This document shows, in pieces, positions 15,576 through 25,045 of a stretch of DNA of 64,000 bases. The translations under genes and the position numbers were made by a program. The DNA comes from Acidobacteriota bacterium (GTDB lineage Bacteria > Acidobacteriota > Blastocatellia > Pyrinomonadales > Pyrinomonadaceae). The notes below the pieces were generated by a model. That model was not told the DNA's origin. It did not search any database and saw only the letters and a list, made by a program, of their open reading frames with translations. The stretch lies in contig JBFLZQ010000007.1 in NCBI GenBank assembly GCA_040756215.1, positions 62,336-126,335 of the forward strand, given 5' to 3'. Each line of letters starts with the position of its first letter. Within the stretch, counting starts at the first letter, position 1.

Positions 15576-17249
15576 TTGAAAAACCGCACTTCATCACATT
15601 TTTTTATATTGCTTTTAATTGCTGCTTTGGCGGCTATAGGGCACTATTCTATTTATTACGGCGGCCTCATCCGCGGTTATGAGACCCCGCCAATCGCCGC
15701 CGTACGAAACATCGGCATTTTAATAATTTTGGCCTTTTTACCGGTTTTTATCAGAAAAATAACCGGCTATGCGGGAAATTGGACAATCTATACTGCAGCA
15801 ATACTTTTGTTTTCCATTGGCCTGACGGTTCAATACAGATTATTCAGCGATCCTGAATATATCTCCCGAAAAGATAAAGCCGAAGCACGACGGGACAAAA
15901 TCCTGACCCAGCAGCTCCATTACATTCAGGAAAACTATTCTGCGGAAAAAAAGCAGATGATGGGCTTGCCGCCAAATCCTCCTGCTCCCGTAGATCTTTC
16001 ACAAGAGACACCTAAAGCCGCAGATGAGACACTTGCGGGCGTTTTGACCTCCGGCCGTACAATTAACCCCTTGCTTGCTATTTTTGGCCTCGTTGCGGCT
16101 TATATTTTTGCAAGGCGTAACAACATAATAGATCTTTTGCGTGAAAACGGCTTTTTGCTGGTGCTTTTGACTTTGGTACCGCTGATGCTCGCCGCCGTAA
16201 CATCCAGGGCAGGAAAATCCATAGGCAACATGACTCCCTGGGAGCCTTCAAAAATTCCCTTTCTTTTGGGTTTTGCCGCCATATTGTCAATTTTGTACAA
16301 AAATCTGTCCAAAACCTACTGGGGACTGCCGCGTGCCCGTGACGTCGTCCCTTTGGTATTTATGGCTATTTTGCCGTTTATTCCCTTTTTTGTCCTTAAG
16401 GATTTTGGGCAGATGATGGTTTTCAGCGCCGTTTATGCAACGCTTTACTTAATAGCAGTCCGTAGATTTTCCCAGAGGTTTGTGCTTGTCGGAAGCGTTC
16501 TTTTTTTAGCAGCTGTACTGGTCGTCGGAGCTTTACCTCTCTCTACTCAGGAGCGGATACCTCTTTTGCCGACACTGGCAGCTCCGATAAAACAAATTCT
16601 TCCGAACCGGATTCAACAGCGTTTTCATCTATGGCTGGATGGCTTTAATCCGCCTTCACCGGATACTCCCTGGTGGAAGGAAGATTTCGAGGCTTACTAC
16701 AAAAAACTGGTTGAAAAAGACCCGAAGATTCCTGAAATGGTAAACGCTAATCCCGAGCTGATAAAAACCATAAATACTGACGCATGGTTTGACGTGCTTG
16801 CTTTCCAGCCCGCACAGGCAACTTTCGGACTATCTTCCGGAGGCACAACGGGACGCGGACTGGGGCTCGGTTATCCGGAATTGATTCCCGTCGCGGACTC
16901 TGATTACATATTTGCCGCAATCGGGGAAGAACTTGGACTTTTTGGCGGTTTGCTGGTAATCTTTGCCCTATTCGTTCTCGTAAGCGCAGGAGTTAGAACG
17001 GCTTTAGATGCCCGGGATATGTTTTCAAAATTATCTGCTGCCGGGCTTTCGGCGTTTATAGGATTTCAGGCTTTGGTCAATATCGGCGGAATTACCAGGG
17101 CTCTGCCTATGACGGGAATCACACTGCCATTTGTCAGCCACGGTGGCTTTTCGTTAATTACAAGTTTCTTTATGATTGGATTATTAATGGCTCTGTCACA
17201 CAGAAACGCACTGGATCGCGAAGCGGCTGAGCTTGATAATTTACATTAA
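15576..17249 (+). CDS. rodA: SEDS family protein (RodA/FtsW), unusually long
   Basis: Multi-TM protein with C-terminal SDYIFAAIGEELG...LPMTGITLPFVSHGG motifs. The track start 15483 would overlap the PBP gene by 89 nt. The only in-frame start after the PBP stop is TTG at 15576, so the start is uncertain. Confidence 0.85.
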   Translation: MKNRTSSHFFILLLIAALAAIGHYSIYYGGLIRGYETPPIAAVRNIGILIILAFLPVFIRKITGYAGNWTIYTAAILLFSIGLTVQYRLFSDPEYISRKDKAEARRDKILTQQLHYIQENYSAEKKQMMGLPPNPPAPVDLSQETPKAADETLAGVLTSGRTINPLLAIFGLVAAYIFARRNNIIDLLRENGFLLVLLTLVPLMLAAVTSRAGKSIGNMTPWEPSKIPFLLGFAAILSILYKNLSKTYWGLPRARDVVPLVFMAILPFIPFFVLKDFGQMMVFSAVYATLYLIAVRRFSQRFVLVGSVLFLAAVLVVGALPLSTQERIPLLPTLAAPIKQILPNRIQQRFHLWLDGFNPPSPDTPWWKEDFEAYYKKLVEKDPKIPEMVNANPELIKTINTDAWFDVLAFQPAQATFGLSSGGTTGRGLGLGYPELIPVADSDYIFAAIGEELGLFGGLLVIFALFVLVSAGVRTALDARDMFSKLSAAGLSAFIGFQALVNIGGITRALPMTGITLPFVSHGGFSLITSFFMIGLLMALSHRNALDREAAELDNLH

Positions 17250-17316
17250 CTTTTATTTGATAATTTTTGCAGAGTAAGAGATTACGACAACTGTTAATTT
17301 CGGAGAGTCTGGAAAA

Positions 17317-18933
17317 ATGGAAGATGGCAATTTCCTTTATGTCTCAGCGGCGGTTTCGGACCGCGGCCTGAGCGAAAAGAGGCCGGTTAACGAAGATTCA
17401 TATCTGGAGGATCGAAGGCTCGGTCTTTTTGTCGTCGCGGATGGTGTTGGCGGTGCACAGGCCGGTGATTTCGCCTCACAGATGGCTATTGAAACCATTG
17501 CAGACGTTTTTTCCAACCTCCCGGATAATTACGACACCGAGGAGGCAATGGCTCTTGCCATTCGCTACGCTAATCAGGCAATTTACACTGCGGCTCGCGA
17601 CCTGCCGCGTCTTTCGACTATGGCGACAACTATTGCCGCTGTCAATATTTCAGGAAATATTGCCACGATCGCGCATGTGGGCGATTCCAGAGTTTATCGT
17701 GTGGCGCCGGACGGCACGCTTTATCGTGAAACTGCCGATCACTCAGTAGTTGAAGAAGAAGTGCGAGCCGGACGCATGACTCCCGAACAGGCGCTTAGCC
17801 ATCCTAGCCGGAATGTAATCAGCCGCGCCCTCGGCGCCGAACAGGAAGTCAATCCGGACCTTAAAACCATTATGGTTGAGCCCGGAACAATCTTCCTGCT
17901 ATGCACCGATGGAATTACACGACACGTCAGCGATGAGGAACTCTCCCGTTTATTTCATAACGAAATAGATCCTGATGTCATTTGCAGCCGTCTGAAGGAA
18001 ATTTGTTTCAGCCGCGGAGCCGAAGACAATCTGACCGCAGTTGTTGTCCGAATCTCGAGCGCTTTGGCACCTGTGCTTGCATCTTCGGGACTGGATACCG
18101 GAAAAAGCACCGATATTCAGCACTCTGATGCAGCAAACGGAAGCGCCGGTTTATCTTATAGCTTTCCCGACACATCCGAAGAAGATACTATCGCCTCGGC
18201 TCGTCCCGAAACAGAAACTTATTCTCAGGAAAATGAGTCTGAAACTATTGCAAAGCAATCGCAAACCGAAGATTTTGCGGATCTAAGGGAAGAATTTTCC
18301 GATGAACCGGTAACGGAACAAATCACTGCGGAAAATGTTTCCGATTTCGGACCTGCTCAGGTCGTAGTTCCCGCTCAGGCCTCAGTAACAGAAGAATCTC
18401 CCTCTCCGCTTCCCTTTACAGAATCGGCAGGTAAAAGATCATCTACCGGATTCGGTTCATTGCTGCTTTCGTTTTTTCTTGTTTTGCTAGGCGCCGCGGC
18501 CGGTGCGGCAGTTTATCATTTTGTGGTACCACCGCAGGTTACGGAAGTCCCCCGTCTTGTCGAAATGAAAAGCGGAAATATTCCCTTATCGGAATTTGAA
18601 GAGGCTCGCAGAGACGTTGACAAAGCCCCGGATCGTTATCTGGCTGCCAATGCCGCAACGCCGCAAAATGCAGAGGACCATTACCTTCTTGGACGTGCCC
18701 TCCTGCTCACAGGAAAATATGTAGAAGCCAAAAAACAATTACTTCTTGCAAAGGATATGCTTCGTGATACGGTCGAAGTAAATGCAAAAACTCTGGAAAC
18801 CGACATAGCAATGGGGTTACTGATTGCGGACAACCCCGAATTGGTTGCAAATCTTAAAAAATCTCTGGAATCGCAAAACACCGAAGCCAATACAAACTCA
18901 GGCAATTCCAACACGGCGGCGAAAAACCGATAG
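17317..18933 (+). CDS. PP2C-family Ser/Thr phosphatase (PstP-like) with TM segment and extracytoplasmic TPR-like tail
   Basis: ADGVGGAQAGDFAS, HVGDSRVY, LLCTDGIT and GAEDNLT motifs. TM segment LLLSFFLVLLGAAAGAAVYHF. Confidence 0.92.
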   Translation: MEDGNFLYVSAAVSDRGLSEKRPVNEDSYLEDRRLGLFVVADGVGGAQAGDFASQMAIETIADVFSNLPDNYDTEEAMALAIRYANQAIYTAARDLPRLSTMATTIAAVNISGNIATIAHVGDSRVYRVAPDGTLYRETADHSVVEEEVRAGRMTPEQALSHPSRNVISRALGAEQEVNPDLKTIMVEPGTIFLLCTDGITRHVSDEELSRLFHNEIDPDVICSRLKEICFSRGAEDNLTAVVVRISSALAPVLASSGLDTGKSTDIQHSDAANGSAGLSYSFPDTSEEDTIASARPETETYSQENESETIAKQSQTEDFADLREEFSDEPVTEQITAENVSDFGPAQVVVPAQASVTEESPSPLPFTESAGKRSSTGFGSLLLSFFLVLLGAAAGAAVYHFVVPPQVTEVPRLVEMKSGNIPLSEFEEARRDVDKAPDRYLAANAATPQNAEDHYLLGRALLLTGKYVEAKKQLLLAKDMLRDTVEVNAKTLETDIAMGLLIADNPELVANLKKSLESQNTEANTNSGNSNTAAKNR

Positions 18934-18944
18934 TAGTTTCATTC

Positions 18945-19763
18945 TTATGCAATTTTGCGTTGCCGGCGTGCTTCAAAAGCAACCACGCCGGCCGTGACCG
19001 CCAGATTCAGGCTTTCAACGCCATTTAACATTGGAATTGTAAATCGAAGAGGAATTTGCTTAAGAAAGTCTTTATCAAGCCCGTGAGCCTCAGAACCAAA
19101 AACTACCATTCCCACTGATCGCCAATCTATTTCTGTATAACCAACCTCGGCATTTAAAACAGCCGCGGCCGTTTTGCAGCCTGACTCTGTGCATATCTTC
19201 AAGGCATCCGAGATTTGAAAATTTTCAAAAACCGGAATCCTGAAATTAGCTCCCATTGCCGCTCTGTTTGATTTTGAGGAAAATGCATTGCAACCATTCG
19301 GGGAAATAAAAATCGCAGGTGAACCGGCTGCCGCAGCCGATCGGATTGCGGCGCCAATATTCAGGGGGTTGTTTACACCATAAAAATAAAAAGCCGGAGC
19401 AGGAGCCGCGAGCAAATCCTCCGGAGATACAGATTCTGAAGAAAATTTTCGGCGCTCCGCAATCATCGCAATTCCCTGCGGATTGGCCGTGTCTGATATT
19501 GTTCTAAGCAGTTTTTCCCCGACCTCTATAATCATTACTCCTTTTTTATCGAGCCGTTTAAGCAAAGAATCAATCCGCTTTTCGTTGGCAATGGCCGGAT
19601 CAACAAATACCATTTTGATGCTGATTCCGGCAGCCAGCACGTCCTCGCAAAGCCGGATGCCTTCCACAAGAACAAATTCTCCCGGCTCTTTACCGTCGCG
19701 TATCCGACGCGCAAGCTTTAGTTTTTCATTATCGCGGGCGGTTATTCTAAGTCTTTTTTGCAT
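18945..19763 (-). CDS. TrmH/SpoU family RNA 2'-O-methyltransferase
   Basis: 272 aa with the C-terminal SpoU knot motifs GSEAHGL...IPM..GVESLNLAVTAGVVAFE. Confidence 0.88.
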   Translation of the reverse strand: MQKRLRITARDNEKLKLARRIRDGKEPGEFVLVEGIRLCEDVLAAGISIKMVFVDPAIANEKRIDSLLKRLDKKGVMIIEVGEKLLRTISDTANPQGIAMIAERRKFSSESVSPEDLLAAPAPAFYFYGVNNPLNIGAAIRSAAAAGSPAIFISPNGCNAFSSKSNRAAMGANFRIPVFENFQISDALKICTESGCKTAAAVLNAEVGYTEIDWRSVGMVVFGSEAHGLDKDFLKQIPLRFTIPMLNGVESLNLAVTAGVVAFEARRQRKIA

Positions 19764-19886
19764 ATTTAATTTATTTCACAACCCGTTGGTTTAATTATTT
19801 TTTCAGAAAACAAACGGCAAATGAATTTTGCGGCAATCGTTTCACCGTTTGCAAACGCGCGATAACTGCCGTAATTTTATTTACTG

Positions 19887-21449
19887 ATGACACCGGAAAC
19901 AAAACGCTTACCGAAAATCGAACTTCTTCGCAAACTCGAAATGCAAGCCGAAGCCGGAGGCGGCGCAGAGCGCATCAAACGTCAGAAAGATGCAGGTAAA
20001 ATGACTGCACGCGAACGAATTGCTTTCCTGCTGGATGAAGGAACTTTTGAGGAAATGGACAAATTTGTCGTCCACCGCTCGACTGATTTCGGACTTGATG
20101 AACAGAAAATACTTGGCGATGGAGTCGTAACAGGCTTTGGAAAAATTGACGGCAGACCCGTTTTTGTTTTTGCTCAGGACTTTACGGTCTTTGGCGGTTC
20201 ACTTTCGGAAACCCACGCTCAAAAAATATGCAAGATAATGGACCTTGCAATGAAAAACGGTGCCCCGGTATTCGGACTAAATGATTCAGGTGGTGCAAGG
20301 ATACAGGAAGGTGTCGTCTCACTTGGCGGATACGCTGACATATTTCTGAGAAACACTCTGGCAAGCGGCGTTATACCACAGATAAGTTGTATCCTTGGCC
20401 CTTGTGCAGGCGGAGCGGTTTATTCTCCTGCAATTACAGACTTTAACATTATGGTCAAAGATACGTCCTATATGTTTATAACCGGTCCGGATGTTATCAA
20501 GACCGTAACCCACGAAGATGTAACAAAAGATGAACTCGGCGGCGCAATGACTCATAATTCCAAATCCGGAGTAGCTCATTTTGCCGCTGATTCCGATGAA
20601 AACGCACTTCGAATTGCGCGGGAGTTGTTTTCCTTTATTCCATCAAATAATCTCGACGATCCGCCATTTGTTGAAACCGACGACCCTGCGGACAGAATTG
20701 ATGAATCGTTGAATACGATTGTTCCGGAAACGCCAAATCAGCCCTATGATATTCGTGAAATAATCCGGCGAGTAGTTGACGATGGCTATTTCTTTGAAAT
20801 TCAGGAGCATTTTGCACCGAATATTGTTATCGGGTTTGCCCGTCTTGGAGGATTTTCTGTCGGTATAGTAGCAAATCAGCCGGCTTTTCTTGCCGGAGTT
20901 CTGGATATTGACGCTTCTGTGAAAGCAGCAAGATTCGTCAGGTTCTGTGATTGTTTCAACATTCCTTTAATTACCTTTGAAGATGTTCCGGGCTTTTTAC
21001 CGGGTGTAAATCAGGAACATTATGGAATAATCCGGCACGGGGCCAAACTGCTCTACGCCTTTGCAGAAGCCACTGTCCCGAAAATAACGGTCATCACACG
21101 CAAAGCCTACGGCGGAGCCTATTGCGTGATGGCATCAAAACATCTGCGGACAGACATTAATTTTGCATATCCGACAGCGGAGATCGCCGTAATGGGAGCC
21201 GAGGGCGCGGTCGGAGTGCTTTATAAAAAAGATTTAAGTACTGCAGATGACCCGGTTGCCGAACGCCAACGGCTGATAGAAGAGTTTAATGATAAATTTG
21301 CAAATCCTTACGTTGCCGCTGCACGCGGATTTATTGATGAGGTAATCGAACCCCGTTTCACAAGGCCAAAACTTATTAAATCACTTGAACTTTTGCGTAA
21401 TAAACGTGACTCTAACCCGCCCAAGAAACATGGCAACATCCCACTTTAA
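19887..21449 (+). CDS. Acyl-CoA carboxylase carboxyltransferase subunit (propionyl-CoA carboxylase beta / methylmalonyl-CoA carboxyltransferase type)
   Basis: 520 aa. [25 protein letters not shown] and AYGGAYCVM are patterns typical of the family. Confidence 0.93.
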   Translation: MTPETKRLPKIELLRKLEMQAEAGGGAERIKRQKDAGKMTARERIAFLLDEGTFEEMDKFVVHRSTDFGLDEQKILGDGVVTGFGKIDGRPVFVFAQDFTVFGGSLSETHAQKICKIMDLAMKNGAPVFGLNDSGGARIQEGVVSLGGYADIFLRNTLASGVIPQISCILGPCAGGAVYSPAITDFNIMVKDTSYMFITGPDVIKTVTHEDVTKDELGGAMTHNSKSGVAHFAADSDENALRIARELFSFIPSNNLDDPPFVETDDPADRIDESLNTIVPETPNQPYDIREIIRRVVDDGYFFEIQEHFAPNIVIGFARLGGFSVGIVANQPAFLAGVLDIDASVKAARFVRFCDCFNIPLITFEDVPGFLPGVNQEHYGIIRHGAKLLYAFAEATVPKITVITRKAYGGAYCVMASKHLRTDINFAYPTAEIAVMGAEGAVGVLYKKDLSTADDPVAERQRLIEEFNDKFANPYVAAARGFIDEVIEPRFTRPKLIKSLELLRNKRDSNPPKKHGNIPL

Positions 21450-21522
21450 GATTTACATTAAGCGTCGCGACCGCCACTCTTTATGTTTTACTTCAACCTG
21501 TTAACTGAAATTCTCTGCCTGG

Positions 21523-22656
21523 ATGCACACTCAAATACATAACAGACCGACAATTGCAATAATCGATACACAGGCGCTTATCCATAATTTGAACGTTATC
21601 AGGCAAATTACAGGTAATGCCGATATTATGGCTGTAGTTAAGGCAGATGCCTACGGACACGGTGCAAGGGTATGTGCTGAAAAATTGCAGGATGCGGGCG
21701 TAAAGTGGTTTGCGGTAGCAACTCTTGGAGAAGCGCTCGAGTTGCGGGAAGCCGGAAACACCGGCCGCATACTTGTACTTGGCGGCTGTTGGCCCGGTGA
21801 AGAAAAAGCTTTTTTTGAATTCGCCCTTACTCCGGCGGTTTTTACACTCGAACAGGTCAGAAGAATTGATGCTGCGGCAGCGGCAAATAAACTGACAGCG
21901 ACAGTTCATTTGAAGTTTGATACTGGCATGGGAAGGGTCGGTTTCAGATACAACCTGGCCGATAGCGTGGCTGAAGAAATAAGAAAACTTGAAAATATTG
22001 ACGTCGAAGCAATCTTTTCTCATTTTTCGGCAGCCGATAACCCTGCAGAATCTGACTTTACGCGGCTTCAAAATGACCGGCTCGACAAGATAATTGACGC
22101 CTTTTTACAAGTTGGAATCAAACCACGGCTAACCGATATAGCTAATTCCCCCGGTGCAATTCTTTTTCCTGAATCAAGACGTAACCTTGTAAGAATAGGC
22201 GGACTGCTTTATGGATTTAAAGGTGATATTTTACCCCAAGAAACTGAAAAGCCTGACGTCCGACCTGTTATGCGTTTAGAGACAGAGGTCGCGCAGGTTA
22301 AGACAATTAACCCCGGAGAATCCGTTGGCTACGGCAGGACTTTTGTTGCCGGAGAGAAACGAGTAATCGCAACGATTCCTATAGGTTACTTTGATGGCCT
22401 GCCGCGGTCCTTGTCCAATAAAGGCAGTGTTTTGGTTAACGGAGTTTTGTCACCGATAGTAGGAAGAATTTCGATGGACTGGACAACCATCGACGTTACT
22501 GAAGCCGGAGAAGTAAAAGAAGGTACTAAGGTTACCATTATCGGACGCGACGGTGAACTGGAGTTACGCGCCGAAGATATTGCCGGAAGTATTGATACTA
22601 TTTCATACGAAATAACCTGCGGTATTTCCCGACGCGTTCCCAGAATTTATATCTAG
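21523..22656 (+). CDS. alr: Alanine racemase
   Basis: AVVKADAYGHGA PLP-lysine motif, 377 aa, and C-terminal YEITCGISRRVPR. Confidence 0.95.
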   Translation: MHTQIHNRPTIAIIDTQALIHNLNVIRQITGNADIMAVVKADAYGHGARVCAEKLQDAGVKWFAVATLGEALELREAGNTGRILVLGGCWPGEEKAFFEFALTPAVFTLEQVRRIDAAAAANKLTATVHLKFDTGMGRVGFRYNLADSVAEEIRKLENIDVEAIFSHFSAADNPAESDFTRLQNDRLDKIIDAFLQVGIKPRLTDIANSPGAILFPESRRNLVRIGGLLYGFKGDILPQETEKPDVRPVMRLETEVAQVKTINPGESVGYGRTFVAGEKRVIATIPIGYFDGLPRSLSNKGSVLVNGVLSPIVGRISMDWTTIDVTEAGEVKEGTKVTIIGRDGELELRAEDIAGSIDTISYEITCGISRRVPRIYI

Positions 22657-22760
22657 TCCATAAATCTTTGCCTTTCATTTTCTTTGACGTCAGCCGTTTT
22701 GATAGAATTCATTTTGGCTTTTGTAAATTATTGCAAATCGGAAGTTTATAATATTTTCTT

Positions 22761-23789
22761 ATGTCATTGATGCTCGACGAAATTGCTCAGCAACCCGAGG
22801 CACTCGAAAGAACCATTGCGGCCGAAAGTGAAAAAATTACCCGTTTGGGCGACTTTCTTCGCCAGAAAGACATAGACCTGATCGTACTTGTTGCACGTGG
22901 AAGTTCGGACAATGCCGCTCTTTTTGGCCGTTACCTGCTTGAAGTAACTACAGGTATTCCCGTGTCGCTATCCGCCCCTTCGGTTCACACCCTTTATAAT
23001 GCAAAACTTAGGCTCAAACGTTCCATTGTGATCGGGGTTTCCCAATCCGGGGAAGGCGACGATATCAACCATGTTCTTGAATCGGCAAAAACTTCCGGAG
23101 CATTCACTATTGCAATAACAAACGAGGCCGCTTCAACTATGGCCTCTCTGGCCGACGAAACACTTTTAATTCACGCAGGTCGCGAAAGGTCAGTTGCGGC
23201 TACAAAAACCTATACCGGCCAGATGCTTCAATTTTATATGCTGGCACGGGCAATTGGCGATAAAGCTATTAATTACAATAAGATACCTGAGCTTGCCGGG
23301 AAAGCGCTAGAACTTCGTGATAAAATTCGCAACATCGTTCCGCGCTATACCTTTATGGATAATTGCGTCGTCGTTGGGCGCGGTATGAATTATGGAAATT
23401 CCTATGAGCTTGCGTTGAAGCTCATGGAAACATGCTATGTAGTCGCCGAACGCTTCTCTTCTGCGGATTTCTTTCACGGACCGCTTGCGGTCGTAGAGCG
23501 TCGTTTCCCTGTGATTATGTTTGCACCGGCCGGAGTCACAAAAAAAAGCAGCATGGATCTGCTTGGACGGCTTAGTGATTTACGCGCTGACTCTTTTGCA
23601 ATTACCAACGATCCGGAGATTGCATCGCTTGCATCCTTAAGTATTACAATGCCTGAGGTTTCGGACGAATTTCTTTCTCCGATTCCATTTATAATACCTG
23701 CACAACTATTTGCGGCTTATCTTGCTGAAGAAAAAGGACTTGATCCGGACGCTCCGAGATCATTGGCAAAAGTAACGAAAACATTGTGA
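22761..23789 (+). CDS. SIS-domain sugar-phosphate isomerase/deaminase (GlmS isomerase-domain-like)
   Basis: MLDEIAQQPEAL N-terminus and two SIS repeats (VARGSSDNAA, VSQSGEGDD). No glutaminase domain. Confidence 0.85.
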   Translation: MSLMLDEIAQQPEALERTIAAESEKITRLGDFLRQKDIDLIVLVARGSSDNAALFGRYLLEVTTGIPVSLSAPSVHTLYNAKLRLKRSIVIGVSQSGEGDDINHVLESAKTSGAFTIAITNEAASTMASLADETLLIHAGRERSVAATKTYTGQMLQFYMLARAIGDKAINYNKIPELAGKALELRDKIRNIVPRYTFMDNCVVVGRGMNYGNSYELALKLMETCYVVAERFSSADFFHGPLAVVERRFPVIMFAPAGVTKKSSMDLLGRLSDLRADSFAITNDPEIASLASLSITMPEVSDEFLSPIPFIIPAQLFAAYLAEEKGLDPDAPRSLAKVTKTL

Positions 23790-25045
23790 AGCGCACGGCC
23801 GAAATTGCGTTTCTTATATTCGTTGCATCGTTAGCAACGATGCGGCCATTCTACAATTTTGCCGGTTTTCGGGTAGTGCCTTCGGATTTTGTTTTTCCGC
23901 TTGTCTTTATTTTTACGGGAGCTGCCATAGCTTCCGGACGAATAAAACTTCAGAAAGATCCTTTATATTTACCTGTCACGGCTTATGTCCTGGCATTGAC
24001 CTTGGCAGCAGCGTTTTCCGAAAATGCCGGTGTTAGTTTCACCAAGTTGCCCGGAATCATATACTTGGCTTCAATTTCGGTTATTACGATAAGTTTGTTG
24101 TACTCACGCGATTTGCTTTACGGGGCAGCACGCATTTGGATTTTTGCTTCGACAATTGCCGCGACAATTGCAGCTTTCACGGCGATAGGCTTTTATTTGA
24201 TCCCCGGTAATTTCCTGATTAAGGAATTTCTGCACCATTATGGCTCTCTTCCGCCGGGAAATTATCCACGTGTGCAGGGTACATATTTCTATCCTGCAAT
24301 GCTCTGTAATTACTTTACCGTCAGCATTGCTATTCTTTTTGCTCTGCGAGCAAAAAACAAAATCGGAAACGTTTTTTTTACAGTTTCTTTTTGCCTGCAC
24401 CTTGTCGGCGCAGTCTTCACTCTTACGCCTGGACTTGGCGGATTTTTACTATTGGTTGCAATGTATGCGGCCGTTGAACTTTATAAACTCAGGCATTTTC
24501 TGCTCTCAAATTTTGCAGTCGTTTCGGGGGCAGTTGCCGCTTTTATTTTTCTGGCGGCTGCCACATTCTCAATCTGGCCAATAGAAACCTCACCTTATAA
24601 TTTCAGGTTTTACGATTTCAGAATTGATCCTACACAAAGACTTCTTGCCTGGCAGCAGGCTGCCGAAACTTTTTTAAGGCATCCTGTTATCGGACGCGGC
24701 ATTGGTCTGCCCGTCGCTAATGTTCTTTTCAAGTCTCCCTCAGGGCAGATGCAGTTATTGACCGATGCTCATCAGTCATGGCTGAATATTGCGGCACAAT
24801 CTGGATTGGCAGGGCTCACGGCATTTTTCTGGCTTACTGTTTCGATATTTAATCGAGCTGTTAAAGGTTCAGGCCTTGCCGATTCGGAGGCAGTATTCAG
24901 ATTCTGGTTATTTGCCGGCTTTGTTACAAGTTTTATCTATCAGGGACTGGTCGGCTCATTTGAAGATGCAAGACATCTTTGGTTATTTTTCGGGTTTATT
25001 GCGACGGCAGATTTAACCGGCGATTTAGAGGAAAACAGAGGTTAA
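23786..25045 (+). CDS. O-antigen ligase family membrane protein
   Basis: Polytopic membrane protein of 419 aa. Periplasmic loop with GRGIG...DAHQSWLNIAAQSGLAGL resembles the Wzy_C/O-antigen ligase motif. Confidence 0.78.
   Translation: MKRTAEIAFLIFVASLATMRPFYNFAGFRVVPSDFVFPLVFIFTGAAIASGRIKLQKDPLYLPVTAYVLALTLAAAFSENAGVSFTKLPGIIYLASISVITISLLYSRDLLYGAARIWIFASTIAATIAAFTAIGFYLIPGNFLIKEFLHHYGSLPPGNYPRVQGTYFYPAMLCNYFTVSIAILFALRAKNKIGNVFFTVSFCLHLVGAVFTLTPGLGGFLLLVAMYAAVELYKLRHFLLSNFAVVSGAVAAFIFLAAATFSIWPIETSPYNFRFYDFRIDPTQRLLAWQQAAETFLRHPVIGRGIGLPVANVLFKSPSGQMQLLTDAHQSWLNIAAQSGLAGLTAFFWLTVSIFNRAVKGSGLADSEAVFRFWLFAGFVTSFIYQGLVGSFEDARHLWLFFGFIATADLTGDLEENRG

Noticed and set aside
19846-19857. Perfect 12-bp palindrome CGTTTGCAAACG upstream of the carboxyltransferase gene
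   Set aside because: It is single, short and AT/GC-balanced, so it cannot be distinguished from chance without comparative data. No cognate regulator is adjacent.
21493-22071. 192-aa ORF antisense to alr
   Set aside because: It fully overlaps the strongly supported alanine racemase gene. It is Cys/Arg/Phe-rich with low-complexity translation and no motifs, which is typical of a shadow ORF.
22657-22760. Possible glmS-type ribozyme upstream of the SIS-domain gene
   Set aside because: The downstream protein lacks the glutaminase domain, so it is not glmS. The 104-nt AT-rich spacer is too short and shows none of the conserved glmS ribozyme core that I can recognise.
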